Part shown: positions 1 through 8,009 of the stretch, piece after piece | Layout of the letters: the number at the start of each line of letters is the position of its first letter | How positions within the stretch are numbered: the stretch's first letter is position 1 | Assembly: GCA_964549355.1 (NCBI GenBank) | Contig: CAZJUS010000013.1 | Coordinates: forward strand, 1-17,023 | DNA length: 17,023 bases | From: Candidatus Undinarchaeota archaeon | Lineage (GTDB): Archaea > SpSt-1190 | Direction of reading: 5' to 3' | Made by a program: the position numbers and the translations under genes | Notes under the pieces: generated by a model | Told to the model about the DNA's origin: nothing | Seen by the model: the letters and a program-made list of their open reading frames with translations, nothing else | Databases searched by the model: none

Positions 1-42
1 GACAGTGAGAATACACCTGTAATCCGCTATTGAGGCTGCCGG

Positions 43-56
43 AATATATTATAAAT
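43..56 (+). promoter_or_regulatory. TATA box (TTATAAA, 49-55) of the aIF2-gamma/GT2 unit
   Basis: AT-rich AATATATTATAAAT; TTATAAA begins 27 nt upstream of the GTG at 76, consistent with a leaderless transcript. Confidence 0.6.
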
Positions 57-75
57 CCCTGCCTGACCTATCCCT

Positions 76-1278
76 GTGAGTGCCAAACCATCTGAAAAGC
101 CTGAAGTCAACATAGGGATGATAGGCCACGTCGACCACGGCAAGACCACCTTGACCAAGGCGCTGACAGGCAAGTGGACCGACACCTTCAGCGAGGAAAT
201 CAAGAAAGGGATTACAATCAAGCTGGGCTATGCCAACGCCCAAATCTACAAAGACAGCAAAGCCGGCGGAGCCGGCTACAATACGGAAGGCAGGGGGGAG
301 TTCCAGCGGTGCGTCAGCTTTGTGGATGCGCCGGGGCACGAAGCCCTCATGACTGTGATGCTCACGGCAAACGCAGTGATGGACGGGGCCCTCCTGCTGG
401 TCGACGCCCGGGAAGGCATCCGCGCACAGACCAGGGAGCACGCCATGGCAGCCAAGATTGCGGGCATAGATAAAATAATAGTCGTGCAGAATAAAATCGA
501 TGCTGTGAAGCCGGAAAGGGCCAAAAAAAATTATGAAGAAATCCAGCAGTTCCTGAAAGAGTTCAAGATAAAGGCTCCGGTAGTCCCTGTCTCCGCCCTG
601 CACAGGATCAACATCGATTTGCTCCTGCAGAAAATCGAAGAGGTCATAGCAACACCCAAGAGGAATCCGCGGGCCAACCCGAAGTTTTTGGTGGTCAGGA
701 GCTTCGACATAAACAAGCCGGGCGCAAAACCAGAGGACCTGATTGGAGGCGTGCTGGGGGGCGCCCTGATACAAGGCAGGCTCCATCTCGGAGATGAAAT
801 TGAAATCCGGCCGGGAATCAAAACCAAAGACGGCGGTTGGGAGCCGATTACAACTGAAATAGTCAGTCTGATTACTGAAAAGACCCGCCTGAAAGTGGGG
901 ACGCCGGGGGGCAACCTGGCCATCGGCACTCTGCTTGACAACAGTCTGACCAAAAGGGATTCAATGCTCGGCTCGGTGGTCGGCCTGCCGGGCAAGATGC
1001 CCCCCATTCACAATTCACTGAGACTTGCCACAACCCTGTTCGACAATGTCGTCGGGATTGAAGGGGAAAATGTGAAAGTGAATCCGCTGATGCAGGGCGA
1101 GCCCCTTGTAATCAATGTGAATACTGCAGTTACAGTCGGCATTGTCAAGTCCATCAACGGAAAAACAATCGACGTCGTGCTCAAGAAGCCTGTCTGTGCA
1201 GACAAAGAAGACAGGTTTGTCATCAGCCGCAAATTTGGAAATAAATGGAGGCTGGTAGGGTACGGGAATATTGCTTGA
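76..1278 (+). CDS. eif2g: Translation initiation factor 2 subunit gamma (aIF2-gamma)
   Basis: PEVNIGMIGHVDHGKTTL (G1), EEIKKGITIKLGYA (switch I), SFVDAPGHE (G3), QNKID (G4), SALH, RSFDINKPG, GGVLGG and the C-terminal WRLVGYG are all characteristic of aIF2-gamma. GTG start. Confidence 0.97.
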   Translation: MSAKPSEKPEVNIGMIGHVDHGKTTLTKALTGKWTDTFSEEIKKGITIKLGYANAQIYKDSKAGGAGYNTEGRGEFQRCVSFVDAPGHEALMTVMLTANAVMDGALLLVDAREGIRAQTREHAMAAKIAGIDKIIVVQNKIDAVKPERAKKNYEEIQQFLKEFKIKAPVVPVSALHRINIDLLLQKIEEVIATPKRNPRANPKFLVVRSFDINKPGAKPEDLIGGVLGGALIQGRLHLGDEIEIRPGIKTKDGGWEPITTEIVSLITEKTRLKVGTPGGNLAIGTLLDNSLTKRDSMLGSVVGLPGKMPPIHNSLRLATTLFDNVVGIEGENVKVNPLMQGEPLVINVNTAVTVGIVKSINGKTIDVVLKKPVCADKEDRFVISRKFGNKWRLVGYGNIA

Positions 1279-1287
1279 GGTGGTTGA

Positions 1288-2193
1288 TTGAAAATAACCC
1301 TAATTTCAACTCTGCTGAATGAAGGCAACGGCGCAGACTTCCTTATGCAGTCCGTTTTCAACCAGACCCGGAAGCCGGATGAAATTGTGGTGGTGGACGG
1401 CGGTTCAACGGACAACACTGTCGAGAGGCTCAAGGGCTGGAAGACTAAATTTAAAAGCAAAGGAGTCGCCATGCGAATCCTGAAGGCCGAAGGGGCCAAT
1501 ATAGCCCAGGGCAGGAATCTGGCAGTCAAACAGGCCAGGCATGAATGGATTGCCAGCATAGACGGCGGGTGCATCGCTGAGAAGGACTGGCTTGAAAAAA
1601 TGGAGGCCAAGGCCAGGGCCACACAGGCCGATGTCGTGAGCGGAAACTTCAGGCCCCTTGCTGAAACTTTTGCCGAGAAGCTCCAGGGAGTCTTCGTCAG
1701 GATTTCCGCCAAGGACAACCCGAGCTCGCGCTCAATCATGTTCCGCAAAAAATTCTGGAAAAGAGCTGGGGGCTACCCTGAAAATCTCTACACAGGGGAG
1801 GACACCAAATTCAACTCCGCCATGAAGGCCAAGGGGGCCAAATTCGTCTTCGCGCCGGGGGCGGTGGTGAATTGGAGGATGAGGCCCAGCCTGAAAAAAT
1901 GGTTCAAGCAGTTCTACCTCTACGGATACGGGGACGGGAAAGCCCGAATCAGGCCCGATACTGCATACGGGAAAAAGGTCTGGACTCTGGTTGCCGGCTT
2001 CTATCTGTTCGTGGCCCTCGCATTGGCCTACCCTATAATCTTGATTGCCCCTTTCTTCGGCGGAGTGCTGTACGGGCTGAAAAGAAAATTCGCGCTGGAG
2101 GGCTTCGTAGCCGGCCTGCTATACCCTTTCAGGCTCCTGGCCTTCCTCATAGGTCTGCATAGGGGCCTTCTGGCGAAACGTCAAAATGCTTGA
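1288..2193 (+). CDS. Glycosyltransferase family 2 with C-terminal membrane helices
   Basis: EIVVVDGGSTDNT, NIAQGRNLAV and GGYPENLYTGED motifs; two hydrophobic C-terminal segments; TTG start preceded by SD-like GAGGTG (1277-1282). Confidence 0.92.
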   Translation: MKITLISTLLNEGNGADFLMQSVFNQTRKPDEIVVVDGGSTDNTVERLKGWKTKFKSKGVAMRILKAEGANIAQGRNLAVKQARHEWIASIDGGCIAEKDWLEKMEAKARATQADVVSGNFRPLAETFAEKLQGVFVRISAKDNPSSRSIMFRKKFWKRAGGYPENLYTGEDTKFNSAMKAKGAKFVFAPGAVVNWRMRPSLKKWFKQFYLYGYGDGKARIRPDTAYGKKVWTLVAGFYLFVALALAYPIILIAPFFGGVLYGLKRKFALEGFVAGLLYPFRLLAFLIGLHRGLLAKRQNA

Positions 2194-2473
2194 GGCTGAA
2201 AACGTAGTTTTTATCGCCCTTCTGACGGCGGACAAGGCACCATTTTGCATCCGTGGTCATGAGCTCAACAAATCTCACCAAGTGCTCCGCCAGCTCTTTT
2301 TCACCGCAATCGGGCCAGGCGCATCCATAATCAAAATCCCTGAGATTGAACGGCTCCCGGTATCTCCTGAATCTAAGCAGTTTTCTACGTGGTCCGAGGC
2401 GGACCATATAATCCTCATCGAGCCTCAGCCTCCTGAGCCTCCTGTTGTTGATTGAACCGTACGAAAAGCCCAT
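2147..2473 (-). CDS. Hypothetical basic protein (108 aa, MGFSYGS...)
   Basis: Fills the gap between GT2 and the next gene. The ATG at 2473 lies about 25 nt downstream of a minus-strand TTTTAAA (2499-2493), the same spacing as other genes here, so I prefer it to the track's 2524 start. No family recognised. Confidence 0.6.
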   Translation of the reverse strand: MGFSYGSINNRRLRRLRLDEDYMVRLGPRRKLLRFRRYREPFNLRDFDYGCAWPDCGEKELAEHLVRFVELMTTDAKWCLVRRQKGDKNYVFSLKHFDVSPEGPYADL

Positions 2474-2549
2474 GGAATCATAAAATCCAAAATTTAAAAC
2501 ATCGACGTTTGGCTGAAAACTCATAAATAATCATGAAAAAAGGGTTTGT

Positions 2550-3896
2550 GTGAAGCTTGAGCGCCGAAATCTGGAGAAGCTCTACATTTTCGCAGTCCTG
2601 TTTTTTATTGCTGTTGATTTTGTCCAGATGCCCGATGTGCCGTCGAGCCTGCTCCACAGCGACCACAGCTTCCACATAATAAAATTTGAGCTGGTCCGCA
2701 GGCACGGCCTCACCGGATTCCCTGAGCTGGGCAGTGTCTCGCTTCGGATGCTGCTTCCTATTTTTTTGGTGCCGTTCACTTTGCTCTCATTCATAATCCC
2801 GTACAAGCTGGCGTACCAATCAACATACTTTCTGCTTCTGCTGTTCACATATCTTGGCGCCAAAAAAATCCAAAGGGAAAGGGGCCGGGAGCTGGAACCC
2901 CTGCTTGCCATACTCTTCCCCTTTTCTGCTTTTTTCTTTTTCAGGTTCGGAAGGCTTCTGGAGCTGGCAGCGCACCTGCCCCTGCTGTTGCTCTTTGACT
3001 ATCTGGAAAGCGGAGACGACCCCCGAATCACCACCCTGCTTTTCATGCTGGGCGCCACCAGCCACCTGCCGACCCTGCTGCTGTATCTCATCCCCATCTC
3101 GCTCAAATTGCACAGCAGGAGAAAATTTCTCAAGCACGCCCCGCTCTGGGCAATCTCTCTGCTCCCATGGCTCATTTTCTACATCCCGAATTCCATGAAT
3201 GTTGTGGGGTGGAAGCTTCCAAGGCTTGTGGCCATCACAACCAATGTGCTGACAGTCGCCGAAAAAACAGGATTTGGCTGGACGATATGGCCGATTCTAA
3301 TCCTTTTTGCTGCAATGGCGGCCTCGGTTTGGTTCATGGGGAAAGACGGCAGGAGGACTTCCATTGCGATGGTGCCTGTCGCAGCATCAACAATACTGGT
3401 GTATCTGGGAAGCTCCCTTCCGTTGAAAATCCCCGGATTCAATCAGATAATACCCACAAGCATGATACCTTTATTCTCGTACCTGCTGCTGAAAAAATAC
3501 CCAAAGGCGTGGGCGGTGCTTGCAGTGATGAGTTTTGCAGTTGTAGTGTGGCCGTTGCCCTGGGAAGGTGCATATACAGCCGACTTTGAGCTGGGCAGGG
3601 AATACATCAACGGCTCATATATATTCACAATGCCTGAAGACTCAATAGTGACATACAAAAATTTCTTCATCAATTACATGGCCCATCTCGGAATGCCGAC
3701 CCCCATCTGCTCCACCTGGGAATACGCAGATCCGGAATGGGCATTGTATTCACCAAAGAACTGCAGCGACCTGAAGGTGGTGGATTATTTTGTCGTTCCA
3801 AGGACTGAGGATTGGGTGAAGACCTGCGGCGAATACCGTGAAGGCAGACACATCATCATTGTGAAAACAGATACGGTGAATGCATCAAATGGTTGA
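2550..3896 (+). CDS. Polytopic membrane protein, probable GT-C-fold glycosyltransferase (paralog 1)
   Basis: Many hydrophobic helices, a DHxFH motif in the loop after TM1 and a soluble Cys-containing C-terminal domain; lies next to GT2. The function call is an inference. Confidence 0.7.
   Translation: MKLERRNLEKLYIFAVLFFIAVDFVQMPDVPSSLLHSDHSFHIIKFELVRRHGLTGFPELGSVSLRMLLPIFLVPFTLLSFIIPYKLAYQSTYFLLLLFTYLGAKKIQRERGRELEPLLAILFPFSAFFFFRFGRLLELAAHLPLLLLFDYLESGDDPRITTLLFMLGATSHLPTLLLYLIPISLKLHSRRKFLKHAPLWAISLLPWLIFYIPNSMNVVGWKLPRLVAITTNVLTVAEKTGFGWTIWPILILFAAMAASVWFMGKDGRRTSIAMVPVAASTILVYLGSSLPLKIPGFNQIIPTSMIPLFSYLLLKKYPKAWAVLAVMSFAVVVWPLPWEGAYTADFELGREYINGSYIFTMPEDSIVTYKNFFINYMAHLGMPTPICSTWEYADPEWALYSPKNCSDLKVVDYFVVPRTEDWVKTCGEYREGRHIIIVKTDTVNASNG
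3027..3079 (+). repeat. 53-bp direct repeat, copy 1 (identical to 4363-4415)
   Basis: ATCACCACCCTGCTTTTCATGCTGGGCGCCACCAGCCACCTGCCGACCCTGCT, read base by base at both positions. Confidence 0.95.
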
Positions 3897-5208
3897 ATGG
3901 AAAAAAGTGAATTGGGATAAAATTTACATCGCAGTAGTCCTTTTTCTGATTGCACTGGATTTTTCCCGTTCGGTTTATGCACCTTCAAATAAAATCCATA
4001 CAGACCACCGCTTCCATATGGTGAAGTTCGAGCTGTTCAAAAAATACGGCTTCGCGCAGTATGCAGAGCTCGGGGAAGTCCCTCTGAAGCTGCTTCTGCC
4101 GGCCTTCCTGCTGCCGTTCCTGCTGCTGGCATGGGTCCTGCCGGCCAAATCAGCATATCTGCTGACTTATTTCCTGCTTGTGGCTTTGGCATACTTTGGA
4201 AGCCGGCGGATACTGAAAAAAAACAAGCTTGCACCTGTATTGGCCATTCTCTTCCCTGCTTCCGCCTTCGTTTACTTCACGATGGGCAGGCTTTTGGAGC
4301 TGGCAGGCCATCTGCCCCTGCTGGTGCTGGCAGCCTACCTTGAAGAAGGGGACAGCAGATACATCACCACCCTGCTTTTCATGCTGGGCGCCACCAGCCA
4401 CCTGCCGACCCTGCTCTTCTATTTCCCTTTCTTGCTGCTCAAATTACACCAGCAGCACAAAATGAACCATCTGATTTACTGGACTCTCTTTGCAATCCCC
4501 TGGCTGGGGGTCTACCTCCCTGCAAGCATGGGGGGCATGGGGTGGCAGATTTCAAGGCTGGAAAAAATAGTGCCGGAGATCCTCCATGTGTTCCAGGCGC
4601 AGGGGGGTGCATGGCTCATCTACGGGCTGTGCGCTTTTTTTGTAGCCCTCCTGGTAGCTTTGCTGTTCCTGGGCACGGACGGCTGGTTTGCACTCCCATC
4701 CTTCCTGCTGACCACTGCATCCACAATGATGGTCCTGAACGGCAACATGCTGCCGGCAAAAATCCCGGGCTTCAACCAGATACTGCCTGTGACCGGCCTG
4801 CCTCTGTTTGCATATTTGCTGATGAAAAAAAGCCGGAAAGCATGGAGGGTCCTTGCATGGGGGTCCTTGTTCATCCTGGCAGTTCCAATTCCATGGCAGG
4901 GCCCTTTCTCGCAGGACTACCCTGTCTTGGACTGGGTCAACGGCTCATACACGGTGGCGAAATTTCCAATCGAAAACGCAGACATGAAATATACTGTTAT
5001 GACCTACCTGGCCCATAAAAATATGCCGACCCCCCTCTGCTCCACCTGGGAATATGCGGATCCCGGGTGGTGGCGTTACTCTCCAAAAAACTGCAGTGAA
5101 ATCATGAGCGCCACGGACTACATAATATTCCCGAAAAGGGACCAATGGGCTAAAAAGTGCGGGGAATCCAGGGAAGGGGATTACATTATTGTTGTAAAAA
5201 CAGGCTGA
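3889..5208 (+). CDS. Polytopic membrane protein, probable GT-C-fold glycosyltransferase (paralog 2)
   Basis: Collinear with paralog 1 (DHxFH, GRLLELAxHLPLL, ITTLLFMLGATSHLPTLL, KIPGFNQI, MPTPxCSTWEYADP). The ATG at 3889 has SD GGTGA at 3875-3879; 3880 is the alternative start. Confidence 0.7.
   Translation: MVEWKKVNWDKIYIAVVLFLIALDFSRSVYAPSNKIHTDHRFHMVKFELFKKYGFAQYAELGEVPLKLLLPAFLLPFLLLAWVLPAKSAYLLTYFLLVALAYFGSRRILKKNKLAPVLAILFPASAFVYFTMGRLLELAGHLPLLVLAAYLEEGDSRYITTLLFMLGATSHLPTLLFYFPFLLLKLHQQHKMNHLIYWTLFAIPWLGVYLPASMGGMGWQISRLEKIVPEILHVFQAQGGAWLIYGLCAFFVALLVALLFLGTDGWFALPSFLLTTASTMMVLNGNMLPAKIPGFNQILPVTGLPLFAYLLMKKSRKAWRVLAWGSLFILAVPIPWQGPFSQDYPVLDWVNGSYTVAKFPIENADMKYTVMTYLAHKNMPTPLCSTWEYADPGWWRYSPKNCSEIMSATDYIIFPKRDQWAKKCGESREGDYIIVVKTG
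4363..4415 (+). repeat. 53-bp direct repeat, copy 2 (identical to 3027-3079)
   Basis: Exact match to copy 1 at the equivalent position of the paralog. Confidence 0.95.
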
Positions 5209-5256
5209 CCGCATTGCAGACCTGTTTTTATTTAAAACTCCCTGCAGAGGGCTCAT

Positions 5257-6219
5257 GTGCTGGTAAGGGAGAAGATAAATTCGGCAAAAAAATACGGCCA
5301 TGACCCTTGGAAACGCCCAATACCTCTGTTGCTGAAGCTGGGGGTCGTCAATCTGGACAAGCCCGCCGGCGTGACAAGCTCGCAGGCCACCGGCTGGGTG
5401 AAGCAGATGCTGGAAGCCGGCAAAGCGGGCCATTCCGGGACCCTCGATCCAAAGGTGACAGGCGTCCTGCCCGTCATGCTGAACAACGCCACCAAAGTTG
5501 TCGGGGCGGTCCTTGAGTCAAGCAAAGAGTATGTCGGGGTGATGCATCTGCATTCCGATGTGGAGCTCGAAAAAGTGAAAGAAGTTGCAGAAGCTTTCGT
5601 CGGCACCATCACACAAACCCCGCCGGTGAAGAGTGCAGTGAAAAGGGAACCAAGAGAAAGAAGGATATATTCTTTGGAGATTCTGGAAAATCAGGGCAGG
5701 GACATCCTCTTCAAAACTGAGGTCGAAGCAGGGACATACATCCGGAAGCTCTGCCACGACATAGGCGGACAGCTCGGCGTCGGGGCGCATATGACTGAAC
5801 TCCGCAGGACCAAGGCGGGGCCGTTCACTGAAAGCAGTGCCGTGACGCTGCAGGAACTGAGTGAAGCGTGGAATCTGTTCAAGGAGAACGGGGAAGAAGC
5901 TTTGCTGAGGAAGGCCGTCCTGCCTGTTGAGGAAGCAGTGAAAGACCTCCCAAAAATTTATGTCAAGGACAGTGCAGTGGACAGCATCTGCAATGGTTCA
6001 CGGCTGGGAGTGAATGGAATCGCCGAACTGGAAGACGCAGTCAGGGAAGGCGGACAGGTTGCAGTCATGACGCTCCGCGGTGAGGTTGTCAGCCTCGGCA
6101 GGGCGTTGATGGACGCCGCCCTTGTGCCTGAAGCCTGGGAAGGGGACGCCGCCACCACCGACAGGGTCATCATGGGAAAAAACACGTATCCAAAAATCTG
6201 GGGCAAACAAAAGGCATAA
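5257..6219 (+). CDS. cbf5: H/ACA RNA-guided and tRNA pseudouridine-55 synthase Cbf5
   Basis: VNLDKPAG, KAGHSGTLDPKVTGVLP (catalytic Asp), KEYVGVMHLH, QTPPVKSAVKR, AGTYIRKLCHDIG, HMTELRRTKAG and a C-terminal PUA domain. GTG start; in-frame TAA at 5233 rules out an earlier start. Confidence 0.96.
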   Translation: MLVREKINSAKKYGHDPWKRPIPLLLKLGVVNLDKPAGVTSSQATGWVKQMLEAGKAGHSGTLDPKVTGVLPVMLNNATKVVGAVLESSKEYVGVMHLHSDVELEKVKEVAEAFVGTITQTPPVKSAVKREPRERRIYSLEILENQGRDILFKTEVEAGTYIRKLCHDIGGQLGVGAHMTELRRTKAGPFTESSAVTLQELSEAWNLFKENGEEALLRKAVLPVEEAVKDLPKIYVKDSAVDSICNGSRLGVNGIAELEDAVREGGQVAVMTLRGEVVSLGRALMDAALVPEAWEGDAATTDRVIMGKNTYPKIWGKQKA

Positions 6220-7236
6220 ATGAAATCGCAGGCACCCAAATCTGTGATAGAAGAATATCTTGACCCTGATTACATCCCGGACATCCTGCCCCACAGGGAG
6301 AACGAAATCAACGCTATTTTCGAGATGTTTAAGCCGCTTCTTGAGGGCAGGAGGCCATCCCACACCTTCATATACGGCGGTCCGGGAATTGGAAAGACTG
6401 CAGTCGCCAAACTGGTGCTCCGGGAAATCAAAAAAGAAGGTGTCTATCCCATCTATATCAACTGCTGGTACAACCGGACCGAGGCTGCAGTGCTGGCGGA
6501 AATCCTGCGCCAGATGTCAGTGCCTTTCCCGCGGAAGGGGAGAGGGGTCGACGAGCTCATCACCGAGTTCCTGGAAAGGGTGCGGGGGGAAAAACTGCTG
6601 GTGGTCCTGGACGAGATAGACCTGCTCAGCAGTCCGGATGTGCTGTATGAACTGAGCAGGGCGTCCCCGACAATCGGCATCATTCTGATTTCAAACAATC
6701 CATATGCAACCGGCAAATTTGATGCACGCGCCAGAAGCTCATTGGCATTGTCAAGCATCGAGTTCAAGCAGTATAAGGTCGAGGAGCTGGCAGACATCCT
6801 TCAGGAAAGGGCCAACCTCGCAAAGCTTGATGTGAATGAACTTGCAGTCAAAGTTGCTGCCCGGTTTGCGTTCAAACATAATTCAGATGTGAGGTACGGA
6901 TTGAGCCTTTTATTGAAAGCAGGAAGGGTTGCTGAAAAATCGGGTTGCCCGCTTACAGTGAACCTCATCAAAAGATTCGATGTCGAGCAAAGCCCGAAAC
7001 AAGTCCAGAGGAAATCAGAAATCCAGGAAGAGCATAAGCGAATTCTGGACAATTTGAAATTCATGGGGGGTGAAGCCTTTTCAAATGAGCTCTTCAAGTC
7101 TTACTTGCACAAAGGCGGTAAGATTGCGGAAAGAACTTTCCGAAAATATGTCCGGCAGCTCATTGACTGGAAATTCATTGAAGAAGAAGAAGTCGCAGGG
7201 AGGGGAAGACGACGAAAACTGCGCCTTTTGTCCTAG
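6220..7236 (+). CDS. cdc6: Orc1/Cdc6 family replication initiator (AAA+ and winged helix)
   Basis: LDPDYIPDILPHRENEI, Walker A GGPGIGKT, YINCW, Walker B VVLDEID, ELADILQERA and the C-terminal wing GRGRRRKLRL. Confidence 0.93.
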   Translation: MKSQAPKSVIEEYLDPDYIPDILPHRENEINAIFEMFKPLLEGRRPSHTFIYGGPGIGKTAVAKLVLREIKKEGVYPIYINCWYNRTEAAVLAEILRQMSVPFPRKGRGVDELITEFLERVRGEKLLVVLDEIDLLSSPDVLYELSRASPTIGIILISNNPYATGKFDARARSSLALSSIEFKQYKVEELADILQERANLAKLDVNELAVKVAARFAFKHNSDVRYGLSLLLKAGRVAEKSGCPLTVNLIKRFDVEQSPKQVQRKSEIQEEHKRILDNLKFMGGEAFSNELFKSYLHKGGKIAERTFRKYVRQLIDWKFIEEEEVAGRGRRRKLRLLS

Positions 7237-7238
7237 GA

Positions 7239-8009
7239 GTGATAATTTTACTTGCGGTGGTGACTTCCAACTTTTTTCCCCGCATATACGCCACAAAGAG
7301 GTTCAACGGGACTGAAATTTACCTCATAGAAAAAACAAACGGAAAAGGTCCAGTAGTTTTATTTTTCAATGGAGGCTTCGGGACCCGGGGGGGCGCCAAG
7401 AAAATCCTGCTTGATTACTCGAACCACTTCAATACAACAATCGCTTCATTCAAATACCGGCAGAGCAGTTTCGGAGGGGGGGAGCTCATAGATGCCGTAA
7501 ATGCTTTTGAGTATTTCAATCGGCAGAACCGTTCGGTGATCTTTGTAGGCAAATCCCATGGAGGCTATCTTTCGCTCATGGCGGGGACAATCGTGAATTG
7601 CACGGCAATAGTGGATTTCTCCGGACCGACCGACTTGCTCACTATGGAAGATTTTTCACTAAAACATCTGTATGTTCCTTTGGTTTTTTCACCATTAGTC
7701 AAAATGACTGCTGATGAGTGCAAGGGAATTCCAAGCCAAACGCCGATATGCTATAAAGAGAAATCACCAGTTTACCGGGCAAGCGAGATGAAGTGCCCCG
7801 TCATGATAATCCACGGAGTGAATGACGATGTGGTTCCGTATTCGCAATCTGTAAAAATGGCGGATGCTTTGAATGAAAGCGGAAAGCAATTTCAGTTTAT
7901 CACAACAAACTCGACCCACTTTGATGTGGATTTTGACCCTTACTCGTGGGAGTTTGCCTGTGAATTCATCTCAGGATTCGGCGTCCCATGTGAAGCCGAA
8001 GTATCATAA
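7239..8009 (+). CDS. Alpha/beta hydrolase (S9 peptidase/esterase-like), probably exported or membrane-anchored
   Basis: Nucleophile elbow GKSHGG, oxyanion FNGGF, PVMIIHGVNDDVV (acid residue) and STHF (His); hydrophobic N-terminus. Start uncertain (see findings). Confidence 0.85.
   Translation: MIILLAVVTSNFFPRIYATKRFNGTEIYLIEKTNGKGPVVLFFNGGFGTRGGAKKILLDYSNHFNTTIASFKYRQSSFGGGELIDAVNAFEYFNRQNRSVIFVGKSHGGYLSLMAGTIVNCTAIVDFSGPTDLLTMEDFSLKHLYVPLVFSPLVKMTADECKGIPSQTPICYKEKSPVYRASEMKCPVMIIHGVNDDVVPYSQSVKMADALNESGKQFQFITTNSTHFDVDFDPYSWEFACEFISGFGVPCEAEVS

Noticed and set aside
1..33. Possible 3' end of an upstream gene (DSENTPVIRY* or TVRIHL*)
   Set aside because: Too short to choose a frame or assign a product.
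76..1278. SelB or EF-1-alpha identity for the GTPase
   Set aside because: RSFDINKPG, GGVLGG, WRLVGYG and the 400-aa length without a SelB domain IV point to aIF2-gamma.
2186..2455. 89-aa plus-strand ORF overlapping the GT2 stop
   Set aside because: It is antisense to the minus-strand ORF that has a correctly spaced TATA box. It is not fully excluded, since its ATG overlaps the GT2 end like a coupled gene.
6100..7300. Replication origin beside cdc6
   Set aside because: No intergenic space and no ORB-like repeats seen.
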